Both the position numbers and the translations under genes were made by a program. Under the pieces are notes generated by a model. It made no database searches. It was not told the origin of the DNA and was given only the letters and a program-made list of their open reading frames with translations. Below, piece after piece: positions 12,501 to 25,204 of a stretch of DNA of 64,000 nt. Source of the DNA: Octopus sinensis (lineage: Eukaryota); NCBI RefSeq assembly GCF_006345805.1, contig NC_043004.1:47120001-47184000 (forward strand), in the 5' to 3' direction. Positions within the stretch are counted from its first letter, which is position 1. Each line of letters opens with the position of its first letter.

Positions 12501-13534
12501 TTAGTTCAGTGATATCACTTTTTTTTGTTTCAGTGGCTAGTTCAGTGACGGCTAGGTTTATGTTGTTTATAATTGGTGTTGTTATTGCGTTTATTTTTAT
12601 TCTTGGGAGGTATGGTCGGTGGTCCATTTTGGGCTCTGTGGTTTTCAGTTCTTTGATTATTTTATTTTTTATATTATCATAATCATTAGGCTCCCCTTCG
12701 TTGTTTACATCGTGTTTGTTGGAAATGTTGTGTTTGTCTTCGTGTTTTACAGTTTCAGTGTATATATTATTGGGCATTGTTGTGTGGCTTCTATCTACAT
12801 TTTCCTGGTGTATGTTTTCTTTTAAATGTTCTATTTCTATTTCTGATATTTTTTTGGCTTTGAGAATGTATCTTCGTACGTTAGCTAATTTATTAGGGTT
12901 CATTGCTGTATTCAAGTCTATATCTCTATTATTTTCCTTCCATATTTTATATGTATGTGTTGTTGTATTTTCATTTTGTGGGTAGAGCATTGCTGTGAAG
13001 TATGCGTGTAAGATAGAAATGTATTCCTCACGTGTCCATTTACCTCTTTTGGGTTTTAATTGCGGGACATGAGGTACAACGTCCGGCCCATTATTTTGAC
13101 GGTCGTCATTTTCGTAGGGTACCGGTCCGTTTATTTCTGTTGTCACATTATTTCGCACGTGTAGTTTTTCGTACATTTTTTGTTGTAGGTTTAATGTACG
13201 TACCGCTCGATTGTTATTCTTGGGTTGAATAGTATCGGTGGCATTTAATTTCTTCGTAGTTCCTTTGTACATGGTGTTTGAGGTAGGGGATGATCGTGTT
13301 GTTCCACGCATGTTTACATGTGTTGTGTTAGAGGTGGAGATAATATCGAGTCAAAATACATCATTTCGTTTCGAAAATAGTAATAAATTTCAATTAGTAT
13401 TACTTACTCGGATATAGTCTAATTCTTTGTTAGTAAATCTTTGGCTCCAAAGGGTGTCCTTGTTTTCGATGTTTGTGGATAGATTTCGGAGCTCTGTATT
13501 TTCCTTCTTACATCTTAAACGTCCCTGGTGTCTC
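9572..13534 (-). mobile_element. Near-full-length R4/Dong-clade non-LTR retrotransposon (RLE type)
   Basis: Single long ORF with RT motifs (KAPGHD, YRPITCL, QKGC, IDYKKAFDS, GIYQGDTLSP, YMDD, YKYLG), a C-X2-C-X8-H-X4-C knuckle (CRICGDGQETINHIISSC) and a PD-(D/E)xK endonuclease (RPDIV...LIDVSIP...KEMEKLSKY). No APE domain. (TAA)n on both sides, the known Dong target. Confidence 0.95.
9669..13311 (-). pseudogene. Disrupted RT-RLE polyprotein ORF of the R4/Dong element
   Basis: Five track ORFs join into one protein: in-frame TAA at ~12373, -1 in an A-run at ~11470, TAG for expected TGG at ~10832, -1 in an A-run at ~9950. Confidence 0.9.
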
Positions 13535-13605
<71 letters not shown>

Positions 13606-13612
13606 ATTATTA
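13535..13612 (-). repeat. (TAA)n array between the young Dong 5' end and the 3' end of an older element
   Basis: Read directly; source of the poly-N and poly-L ORFs. Confidence 0.95.
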
Positions 13613-13614
13613 AT

Positions 13615-13810
13615 AGTGCTCACGAATGTCTTACATTCGGAGTTTGTGTCCTTCACACTACTGTCACAACTAGTTTCCTCGGATATCGAGCTCATTTCTT
13701 ACAATAATTGCAGTTCCCAATAGACCGGATTTTTGAGCTGATGCAGATCTCGTTAAGGAATCGTTAGGTTTGCACCTAAGGCACCTATAGCAACTTTATA
13801 ATTTTTAATT
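13615..13810 (-). mobile_element. 3' end fragment of an older R4/Dong-like element
   Basis: Minus strand encodes VAIGALG...QKSGLLGTAIIVRNELDI (cf. RLE C-terminus IVGALG...QKIALLGTAHILRRTL), then a short UTR ending in the TAA array. Confidence 0.65.
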
Positions 13811-13849
13811 CATATACGCACAACAGATTAGAATGTTGGAAAAAAAGTC

Positions 13850-16400
13850 CTGCTATCGTGCTATACAAGTAACCTTCCTAAATATTCTAGCTAGCTCTAA
13901 TAATACTGTTTTCAGATAACATTGCTTCGTTTTCTGGTTTCTAACTATATATGGCATTTTGGACACCCTATCTCTTATTGTTACTCTAGCAGCTCAATAA
14001 AATTTCCTTATTATTACCTCCATAGCAGGCAATATCTACACTTTCTAAATCCACATATTCTTCTACTGTTATTAAACCACTCTCACCTTCCTTTCTAGGT
14101 AAATGTAATCTTCGTACTCCTGCTGTAGGATAAAGGACTTCATTCCTATTCAATTTCCTCTTAATTCTTCTCTCTAGATATGCTAATTCTGATTTTTTCC
14201 AATCTAAAAATTTTCTGAATATCGAAGTTGCGATAGTGTTGCAGTATTTACAGACTTCATTAGATTCCGACCATTTAGGTTTGACTTCATTAACTTCCCA
14301 CACTTCTGATGTGTTCCTTCATGATATTTTTTTTCATTTCTATAATTAGTGCTCTATTAGATTCTAATACTCCTAGCCACTTATAACTCTCTTCCCTCCG
14401 TGATTTCAATGTCATTTGGTGATTGAATGAATTCACTGCTAACTACTTAGCCCTCTTTTATGAATAATATTGTGCACTTACCTATGTGAAATTGCATACC
14501 TATAGCTTTGCTGAAGATTTTCACACTTAGCATTAAATAATCTATCATTATTCTTACTAAAAAGGTTTCAGATCACCAAAGTAGAGTAAATTATTAATTC
14601 GTCTTTACTATCTCTCAACTGCTACCCTACCTTCTTAATAGGAAACGGGGGGAAGGACTAAACATAACACCAATATTAAAGGGGATAACGAATTCTCCTT
14701 GAAAATCCTTCTCTTCATATTAACTTTCCCCACAGCAATATTACTTGAGTAAGTATCTGTTTTCTATTTCATCATGCTAAATTTAATCAACTCTCTTTTG
14801 TTGTCTGCAATACTGAATATAAGCAATAATTTATTAAACATTGAGTGTAGAACCTGGCATGCGCTTTCCTATAATTTACCTATGTTACTGTTAATTTTTC
14901 CTTTCTAGATTGCACTTCCTTTAAAACTGTTTTGTCTATGTATAGTAGCTTATCCGCCCCTCTAACTTTCTTATTCCAACGTTCTGGCAATAAATTCTGA
15001 CTATCAAGTAAATTCGAGCATACTTAAACTTAGTATGATCCTAAGGCATTTTCATTCGACATTTTTCCTAACGATTTATACAAGTTTAATTTTAGATTTG
15101 GCTGCTTCTCACTAATTAGTCCTTCTCTCACTTTCTTTAACCATACTGCACCGCCATTCTGATTAACTGGCTTATCCCAAATATCACTCTAGAAATGTAT
15201 ACCCTTTTCTGCATTAAGCATCTCATCTCCAGTAGTTTCTCCTACACTATTTCACGAAAAAAATCTCCTCTGGTATGTTTCAAAAAATCTGTCCTGTTGA
15301 TACTGATCTCTTCTTCTCTAATATCTGGAAATCTTATCTTCTGTTGCTATTCTAAGATGTTTCAGCTCTATCGGGAATATTCAAAATCGTTCCACTTTGA
15401 CTAACTATTTTTTTCTGAAGCGAATATTCAAATCTTGTTTTTCTTAACATATTCTGTTTGCAGGGTTTTATTCTACTCTACTTTGTGTTTTTAATCTTCA
15501 GTTTATATTCGTACCTCTTTTCCCACATATCATCCTTTATATTTTTACCTTGAAAAATACCTAGTCTGCTAGAAACTATTAGCCCTCCAGCATAAAGCAA
15601 TAATTCAGTCACATATAGTTTTAGTATCTGTCCTACTGATAATGGAATCTACTTTCCTAGTAATATCTAGCAAATTCCTTCTTTTAATATCTATTAATGT
15701 TGTTAATCCATTTCTTTCTACTTTACTGAATACTTATGTGAACACATCTAGTCCATTCCGATCCACCTCGTTTAAGTCGCTGGTGTTATCCCTTTGTTGA
15801 TTAACGGTGTTACTATGTTTTCCTTGATAGCTTTTTCTTGGCGTATGCAATATCTCCCATGCATTTTGCTTCATCCTCGTTTATGTTGATTGACTGTACT
15901 TCTTAATGGTCTTTTTTTCTAGATAACTTGGGATATCTTCTTCCTCCAATTCTGTCATCCTCTTATTTCTCCTAATAGCATTAGCTAGATCCGTTAGCCT
16001 CGGCACTGTTACATCAAACATACATTTCATTAATGAAAGTGTCAACATAGGTTTTCTGTTAAATCTTACTTTGAGTTCACTCTCCAAATAACATTGCATC
16101 ACAGCTTTGTTCTCTTCACGTATCCATTTCCTTCTAATTTCTCTATTATGTACGAGGGCGAGTGAAATATTATCCGCACTTTCGTCATAACAAACATTTA
16201 TTACTGTCAAATTGCCTTCTGCGCATGCGTGTTTATAGTTGGTACTATTGTGGTCACAGGCTCGAAGTTTGAGCCTGATTGCGCCACTTTGCTTACTAGC
16301 TTTACACCACAGCAATGTGCACCACAGCAGAACAAGGAGCAGTGATATGAGAGATGGTAATGGTGGTGGAGATTGAGGGACGTCCTGTTCACCTTTCATG
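13850..16400 (-). mobile_element. Decayed, internally deleted R4/Dong element of a second subfamily
   Basis: N-terminus RRKWIREENKAVMQCYLESE...RLTDLANAIRRN; QYQQDRFFETYQRRFF...SDIWDKPV; DKLLYIDKTVLKEV...VNYRKA; SLSPLILVLCL; LDWKKSEL...RRLHLPRKEGESGLITVEE; C-terminal KTVLLELARIFRK. Confidence 0.85.
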
Positions 16401-16713
16401 CGTCACATTTGTCACATTTGTCCGGCCTCTTTTAAATTTCTCCATCCACCCATAGTCACTGCTACACTATCCTCGCTAAAAACATCCGATAAATTTCAGC
16501 TCCTGACACACCTTCCAACCCAAAACATCAGATCACTGCTATTTATTCTTTTTTGGTGCGCATTGCTTACACTGTAAACCTCCAAAGACAAATGACGCAA
16601 TCAAGTTCAAACTTCGAACACGTGACTACAATCGTCCCAACTACAAGCACGCATGCGCAGAAAGCGGTGTTAGAGTAATGAAGGTATGTTATGGCGAAAG
16701 TGAGGATAGTTTT
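16165..16713. repeat. Inverted repeat (~125-bp arms, ~300-bp spacer) of the older R4/Dong 5' coding region
   Basis: 16590-16713 is about 75% identical to the reverse complement of 16165-16290 (shared core CAAACTTCGA...CACGCATGCGCAGAA...GTTATG.CGAAAGTG.GGATA). Confidence 0.8.
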
Positions 16714-17794
16714 TTGACTCCCTCTAAATAATGCCGTTTTAGAGTAATGACTGAGGTCAGTCTGCATTTGGACCGAATCATTGCCGGAAAAGATGGATCT
16801 TTGTAGTCATCGTCGCTGTCTACGATTTTGTTCCAATTGTTTTCAAATTCGGTATATGAATTGAGTTTTGTATACTAAATATGAAAATGCAAAATTCATT
16901 TTTCATATAAATTCATAATTAACATTTTTTTAGCGTTTAACTTTGCAAAATTTGTGTATTTTAACCAATCAGAAACGAGTATTTCACAAATGACCGTGAA
17001 ATTGCTGCTTGCGAAGAACGCTTTTTCCATAGTAACCCAAGATGCTGCGCACGCGTCCAAGGCGTGTAAAGACCAAATCGAATGTAACCAACAAATTGAG
17101 AGTACCTGGACATCTTTAAATCGTGAGACACATTGTTCTATTGTTGAATCTTTGTGAAGTTATGTGGAGAAGGAGATATGAGAAAGATAATTTATTTTAT
17201 AAAATCCTAGAATGTATTGGAATATGTCGGTCTTGACTTTTCAAACTAATAAAAATCTGTTTTAAGCAATAAGCAATATTTTCACTAATATTTCTAGAAA
17301 TTCCTGATAGTTTGCTCGTAGAGTTTAAATATTTTATTTGCTCACGAATCTGGAAGATTTTTCGTTCTTTACTATTTTTAGTTTAATGTTTTAACATGTC
17401 GGTGCCCGCGCATCTTTATCGTTAGCATGATAGATGATGGAAGAGTCAGTGAATGCGCTGTTTTCTGATTAACTGACATTTATCAAACTTTGAACACCTG
17501 TAAATTTTTGTCCAGAATAAATGAACAAATTCGGATTCACAGTCAAAAATCACATTTATATGATATATTAAAATATTTTTTAAAGATTTCATCATGCAGT
17601 GATGATAGCAACAAAATTCCCTTCTCCTAAATATTCAAGAGCGACGTTTCCGATATTCTCACAAGTGTTTCTGAATAAAGTTATGTCCCAAATGAACAGA
17701 GTTAAGGTATTCTTCGAGTGGGTGCGCTGCTATCATGACAGTATCATCATACGCCTATATTGTGTTATTATTGCTTCTCAAGGCTTAAACATCC

Positions 17795-17915
17795 TCCTCA
17801 TCATCATCATCATCACCATCATCGTCATCATCAATATTATTATTATTATTTTATTATTATTATTATTATTATTATTGTTGTTGTTGTTATCATCATCATC
17901 ATCATCATCATCATA
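17795..17915. repeat. Compound (CAT)n/(TAT)n/(TGT)n trinucleotide array
   Basis: Read directly. Confidence 0.9.
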
Positions 17916-18256
17916 AATAACATTTTCATCATGATTATTATCATTCATCAATATCTTAGATGCTATGAAACTTATTCATTATAATGCATTGGGTTAATTG
18001 ATATTAAGCCATCCATTAACGGAAGTGAGGCCTCTAGATAATAAAAACCGATATATACTCGGTTGGAATTCGTTGAGATTAGAATGTGCGGTGTCTAAAC
18101 CAAGTGATTCATATAGCTCGGGAGTAAAAAGTATATATTACTTATTAAAGTATCATACACCTTCCAGACACACGAAATTGATGTACGTCAATACGTTTGC
18201 ATTTTTGTTTAGATAAAAGAAAAAATTGCATGGATGTGTTTATATTTATATTATAT

Positions 18257-18287
<31 letters not shown>

Positions 18288-18326
18288 TATATATATATAC
18301 ATATGTATACCTATCTATCTATTTAG

Positions 18327-18363
<37 letters not shown>

Positions 18364-20236
18364 ATATGTCTTTGAGGCTTTAATATGTGACTTCTTACTC
18401 GTATGTTCTGCTAATAGACATGTAATTAGTATCAGTTTGTGTTTCTCCTCTTATAGAGGTTTAAGTGTATTTTAGCAGTACATTAATAATTGAGATGGTG
18501 AGTTATGTAAATCAAAATACAAAATAACATATCGAAAATTGTATGACATTTATAAAAGTAAAAGAAATGTTGAAATGGAAACTGCAAATTATAAATGCAT
18601 ATAAAAATGCCAGAGAGATTTTGTCTAAAATATGAGAGTACCTGAAGATGGCATATGGTATACAAACGAATTCCAAAGAAACTGAGTATATATATACACA
18701 TATACACACACATATATATATAAGAATAATTATTGTTATAATTATATATAAACCTTCTTGTATAAGTTTTTACCGAATATGGTTACTTTCCATACCGAAA
18801 CTACTGGGTGAAATTTATTAATTATAAATTAATAATGTTTACCCTATATCTATAATGATATATATATATATATATTATATATATAATATATATATATATA
18901 TTATATATATATATATTATATATATATATATGTATATATATTTATAGCTATATTTATAGATATATATATCATATCCTGTATTGTTGCATCGACATGTATA
19001 TTAGCTGGACCCTTTCAAAGGAAAATATTTGCTTCGAGGGCTGCGACTTGACTAAATACATTTCAAATGCATTTCAGGTATGAATTGTGTAATTCTAGAT
19101 ATTGCATAACCTATTGCGCGCCGACATGTCTAATTTTCACGCCCATACAAGTAACAGGAAACATTGCGAATATACTAAAGATGATATTTAATGTTTTTTT
19201 CTTATTTATTTAAACATAAGTGGTAGGGCAGCCACGTTCGCTTTTAAACTATTAAGCGGATTATATATCCAAAATTATGATATTATTTTCATCTGTATAA
19301 CAGATGTGTGTAAAACTCCGTATCTAAGTTAGTAAAACAGAATACTGGGTTCAGTTATGTGCATTTATACGAGCAAGGTTTTTTCCCCTTTTAAATGAAA
19401 TTCACATGCATTAATTGCTTGGATGAATATCAGCTATTGGTACATGGTGAGGAATCACAGTCGGTTGTAGGCTAATCGTTTTTCTGTGCTGTTATAATTT
19501 TATTTCACGTAACTTATTTCACCTGCCTCCAAGAGTAAAAACCAAAGCTTCAATAATAACATTTGCAGGGATTGGCTTGTTAATAATACGATTCAAGACA
19601 TCAAATTCTTCATAATATTAGAAGACATACAGGTAATGTAATGTTAAAGTTTCAGAAGCATAACAATCTAACGTTGTTTATCATAGGCACCGGGGATGTT
19701 GCCCAAGAGAAAATTATTTAAATACTCTTCTAGTTGAGAAAATAATTGACCTTCATTTCGCAAGAGAATTAAATGCATCACTTTCGCATGAGGTCATTTG
19801 TGTCGTGAACTCATTTCCAGTGAGATCGAAGAAAAGGTTTCGGTAACTATTAAAAGTTAAATGCTCTTGTCTATCGAATTTATTATCTAGAATATATAAT
19901 TATGGTTGACATGATGTTATAATGGTTAGATCCATTTACCAAAACATGAAAGACTTCCATACAAAATATAAGGTACAAGAATAATCAAAACTAAATTGTC
20001 CACATCAGAACTTCCGGCATGTTTGCACTATTGGAAAGTCATGTCACGTAAACTGTCGTTACGTTTAGTTCAAATTTATATTGCTTCATCTGAATCCTAT
20101 GAATGAACCCGAATAAATATCAGCTGTAGTGATACTTAGATACATGTGTATATGTATCTGTATATGTATATATTTATATACATATTGTGTGTGCGTGTGT
20201 GCATGTATGTATAAAGAATAAAATGTTTTGAATGAT

Positions 20237-20505
20237 ACATTGGTAAACCGATTATAGCAGCGACTCCATGAATTCGTAGGTATATTTGAAGAAGGAATTT
20301 TTATTCCGAAATATCATATCTGACTATGGATGATTAAATTGCAGCAGTTATTATAGTCCATTGTTGGTATAATACAAACAATGGACTATAATAACTGCTG
20401 TAATTTAATCATCCATAGTCAGATATGATATTTCGGAATAAAAATTCCTTCTTCAAATATACCTACGAATTCATGGAGTCGCTGCTATAATCGGTTTACC
20501 AATGT
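20237..20505. repeat. Near-perfect 269-bp palindrome (134-bp arms, 2 mismatches, 1-nt centre at 20371)
   Basis: Base-by-base comparison; the only mismatches are 20341/20401 and 20366/20376. Confidence 0.97.
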
Positions 20506-20935
20506 CTTTTCTGTTTGTTTTCTTTCTCAAAGCGTCTCAGCAGTGGCCTCACGAAGCTCCTCCCTGAATTCCGGGTGAGAAGTGTACGAGGTCGGCCATG
20601 TTTCAATTTCGTGTCTGCTGGTACATCTGTAGCGCTGCTTCTAAGTTATGTGTTATACGTGCAGCTTCCTTTTATTCCCTTCTACTTTTTTCTCTCTTTT
20701 TGTTATAAACAATACATGAGCAGGTTATCGAAAAGTGAACCTACACGCATCCAGATGTAACTAAATAATATATTGATTAATAACCTGTCTGTAATTTGGG
20801 GCCCTAGTCTCTGTATGAGTATAGCTTCCTTAATTCTTAAATTACCCACATTTCTTTCGTTGGCCTGAATTGTGACTGTTATGCTCTGGTCTGTGTTCCG
20901 GCATCTGTAAGCGAACTACAATACTATCCATATGT
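20506..20935 (-). mobile_element. Penelope-like element 3' relic (GIY-YIG C-terminus plus UTR) running into the palindrome
   Basis: Minus strand 20780-20905 reads CRNTDQSITVTIQANERNVGNLRIKEAILIQRLGPQI, resembling the PLE endonuclease C-terminal LRxxEAxxIxxxxPxLN motif. Confidence 0.55.
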
Positions 20936-20938
20936 ATG

Positions 20939-20986
<48 letters not shown>

Positions 20987-22536
20987 TATTGACAGTTTTG
21001 GCCAGTGAAGACAGCATTAGCCTGCAATCCGATGATGGCTTAACTAGCTGAAACATCGAAATCATTCTTAATGATATCATTGATTAAGAACAACATATAC
21101 AGCGTACGATGAGTAAATTTAGCCATTATATGTCTTTAATTTTGCACATGCGCTTGTCTGCTTTTGGTTTTGTCGACTACAAACACGCACACACGCACAA
21201 ACAGAGAGATTGATAGATACAGATATGTAGACACACACACATCTGGAAATGTATATAGATGTGTTTGTGTGTGGTATGTGTGCGTGTGTAAGTGTGCATC
21301 AGTGTGTGTATATGTGGGTGTGTGTGTGTAAACCTACGCTGTAGATATGCAAAAGGGGAAAATTGAACAGTTTCTCTACTCCTTGGATTTAAAATGTGAA
21401 CAACCTTAATCGATTTTCGAACAACATAGAATTCTATGGAGAGTTGTTTAGGTCCCTCAACTATCCATAGAGAAACAAGCAGGCAGTCTGTTTATATAGA
21501 CAACATATCCAGTAGTTTCATTGACACAGGGAGGATCAGTGTTGAAGCTCATCTCTCCTTGGTGAAAATTAACCATCTAACTTTATTCTGCATAAGAATT
21601 CTACCAACTGATCCAACTCACAGCCCCTTACAACATTTCAGATTCAAAACCCTGCCGCAAATGTTAGACTTTAGCAATTACAGCAATACACTGAACGTAA
21701 TTACTCATAGGAATATTTAAAACGGTTATTTGCATAATTCTATTTGCTCTAAATGCTCTAGTCCATTGCATATTCCGCTTTAAATTATTATGGATCTCGG
21801 CACTCTCCTACCATACCACATTTGAATACAAACGTTTACACAATAATGAAGTTTTAAATTTGTTGTAAAAAGTTACAACTAATGTTTACATTTTATTAAT
21901 GCCATAAGACGTTAAATTATCAATTCGTCCAATTGTTTATTTGCACAATTTACTTTTCTAATTAAAATAAATTTATTGCCATAGAATTCAAATTTACAGA
22001 TGACTGAACAATTTAATATATTAAAATAAATCTAAATATGAGTTCTGCGTATTATTTTTTTATTCGCTCTTTCGGTTCAAGAGAAAACTTGCATAATGTA
22101 ATTACATCAATTCTTTAACATCTAATGAAATAAAAACCCACATGTAGGGCAGGTCGATATTTTTCGTAATGTTTAGAACGAGAAGCGTGGTGGAAGCAGC
22201 ATAGTCAAATAGTTGGATGAAATTATATGCATTCCTTTGCATATGAATCCGTGTTAAAACCACATTCTGATAGTATTTCTCCAGAAATACCAGATGCATT
22301 TCAATGTCATCCTCTCTTTAATTATAAATACTGCCCTTTTCTCTAATCAAGGTCCAAGAAAGAAGTGCAATCATTAAATTGTTACTTATTTAATTCAGTT
22401 CACCGGCGCTTAATGAAATTCCCATGAAAGAAATTACTGTCTTAGTATTTTGACCTTGACAAATACATTCGCGCCAATTGTTATTTCACTAACTTAAAAC
22501 GATTGCCGTGAGACGGTAACTGTCAGAAATAGGACA

Positions 22537-22760
22537 TCTATATATATATGAAACTCAACTTGTGTGTCTGTGTGCGTATCTGTGTATGTGTTTGTGTGTT
22601 TAACTTCCCGGCACATCTCCTCCTAGCCAACAAATCGTAGACCCACCAAAAATGGGTCACTTAAAGTTTAGGGGAATGAAATTTGAACTGCGCTATTTCT
22701 GTTCCAAATTCATCTCGCAGGTGCAAAAATCGATAATGTGTTTGTTTAGGCCTTATCCCA
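22537..22760 (+). mobile_element. Possible non-autonomous Helitron-like element 5' part
   Basis: Starts TCTATATATATATGAAAC followed by a (TG)-rich block, the usual Helitron-N 5' layout. 3' end not identified. Confidence 0.4.
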
Positions 22761-22981
22761 TGCATTGAACAGTGAACTTTCCTCAGTCAGCTGTTTGGCG
22801 TGGACTGTGTTCACCACGCGTGCAAGCATGCGTAAATTGCATGAAAAATAAAAATTCAAGATATAAAAACGAATCGCCGTAAACATTGTAGAACTTCGGT
22901 AAATAAATGAATTTTCGGGATGTAGCCTGGAGGGTTTTTCGTATTAATATATATATATATATATATCATCATATATATATG

Positions 22982-23055
<74 letters not shown>

Positions 23056-23730
23056 TAGATAGATATATATATACACACATTTATACATATATATATATGA
23101 GAATATGATAGAAGGCTAACCCTTTCTTCCGTAGAAGAAAAAATTCAAATCGGACCACGTTAACACCAAAAATTATTTACATAAAAAAGGTGCCTTTTTT
23201 CTATGAAACTCTCTATTTTTTACGATGTTTCGACTGCTGTGTCGGCATTTTTCGGTGTATTTCACTTAAAGAGAATAACAAGCAACATACTGCCAAATTT
23301 TTATTGTTGAAAAATTACAATTCTAAAGGGTCTAAACAAACCGCAACGCCGGGCGATACTGCTAGTTACTCATAAATATGTTACCATACAGAGTGCTCTC
23401 CTATATAGTTCGGATTTTCAACTACCCCATTTTAGACGTGACTTTTCATAATTAAACACATGTATTATTACGAATGCTATATGTACTTCTAAAAATATTT
23501 ATTGTCGTGTTAATGTCGACTTAAATATCACAAGACCATCATTTATAGAAAAATGGTATACATTTATTTTATCATTTTTATCATCTTGAAATGGTGAAAA
23601 GCAAATTTACCCTCGTTGGCGTTTGAAATAAAAACAATGCTGACAGTCTAAAGAAATAGCGCTCAGTTTTTCTCCGTCACATATACGATCCTACCAGCTC
23701 CCTGTCTTCTATAAGTGTCGTAATATTAAG

Positions 23731-24117
23731 TGGAGGCGCAATGGCCCAGTGGTTAGGGCAGCGGACTCGCGGTCATAGGATCGCGGTTTCGATTCCCAGA
23801 CCGGGCGTTGTGAGTGTTTATTGAGCGAAAACACCTATAGTTCCACGAGGCTCCGGCAGGGATGGTGGTGATCCCTGCTGTACTCTTTCACCACAACTTT
23901 CTCTCACTCTTACTTCCTATTTCTGTTGTACCTGTATTTCAAAGGGCCGGCCTTGTAACTCTCTGTGTCACGCTGAATATCCCCGAGAACTACGTTAAGG
24001 GTACACGTGTCTGTGGAGTGCTCAGCCACTTACACGTTAATCTCACGAGCAGGCTGTTCCGTTGATTCGGATCAACCGGAACCCTCATCGTCGTAACCGA
24101 CGGAGTGCTTCCATCCA
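23731..24117 (+). mobile_element. tRNA-derived SINE (family 1), full length
   Basis: Head GGAGGCGCAATGGCCCAGTGGTTAGG (A box) and GGTTTCGATTCCC (B box), then a ~330-bp unrelated body. Confidence 0.85.
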
Positions 24118-24662
24118 TTAACTTTAGCAGAAGTTGGGATTGCCTAATTTTCCAGTCTAAAAAAAAAAAACTTTAATGCCATTCTAATTGTAAATAGAAA
24201 ACTATATAAAAAACGAATAAGAGAAAAAAACAGCCAACAAGAAAAGAGACTGATGCGTTAAAAACCAAATATGATTAAAAAGGAAAGAAATAATTGAGAA
24301 ATGAAACTAAATTGTTTCAAATAAATCTAGGATATCATTTGTCAAGCTGCAAGCAATGCAAAACGATAAACGTTTTAAGACAATACACAGATATTTGCTA
24401 ATAATATAGCCTATACGTCTACATGTTTCCCTGATAAAAGGACAATTGTTATTAAACTAAATATTTCATAAAATAAAAGGGAGGAAATTGTTGAAAATAT
24501 TACCAGTGCAAGATTAGGCTGTCAGAACCAGTCACAGTCATTGTAAAATTTACAAATCTTTCAATATATTTAAATGTCATCGATGTAGACAATTTCGAGA
24601 AACATAATACTCGTACACAAAACATTCATGAACAAGAACAAGAATTATATACATACATATAC

Positions 24663-24734
<72 letters not shown>

Positions 24735-25204
24735 ATATCTGTCTATGTGTATGTGTGAATGTGTGTGTGTATGTCTTTATGTGTGTGTGTACGTCTGTAT
24801 GTATAAATATATGGTTATGACTTTGTGCATATGTATGTGTTCGTGCGTGTGTATACGCGTGTGTCTGTGTGTATTGAAAGACTTCAAAAGAGAGAGAGAG
24901 AGATTTGAAAATAAAGCAAAAGGAATGCATCAAATGTATGGGGATGTGTTTGACAGCAAACTAATTGTTATATGAATAGCAGTAGGAACAGATAAAAGAG
25001 AGATTTTAGCAGGTACTGTTATGTTAGATATAGCCTCGAGTCTAGTTTATATTGTTCTAAGCCCTAGACCAATAACGTGAAATAAATCTCAGCTAATTCT
25101 AATGCTATATCCAATGGAGCCACTTTTCACGGATAGAAGAATCTCATGTGTTATCTATTCCTATCTACTGAACTAATATTTCCCTACCTAGTAAAAATTT
25201 GAAT

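Noticed and set aside
9676-13232. Plus-strand ORFs of 60-120 aa overlapping the LINE
   Set aside because: Antisense shadows of the A-rich minus-strand retrotransposon ORF; no recognisable motifs.
13312-13534. HDV-like ribozyme in the Dong 5' UTR
   Set aside because: I could not build the nested double pseudoknot manually; a covariance search is needed.
13390-13723. Poly-Asn and poly-Leu ORFs bridging two LINEs
   Set aside because: They read through the (TAA)n array by chance.
18636-18675. Further hammerhead-like strings here and at ~21028-21065, ~23220-23260, ~52640-52690 and ~54568-54620
   Set aside because: Each lacks at least two required parts (core base, GAAA, stem I or III); too degenerate to support individually.
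23731-23810. tRNA gene calls for A/B-box segments (also 44551, 58448, 60911, 63753)
   Set aside because: No complete cloverleaf; each continues into a shared repeat body, so they are SINE heads.
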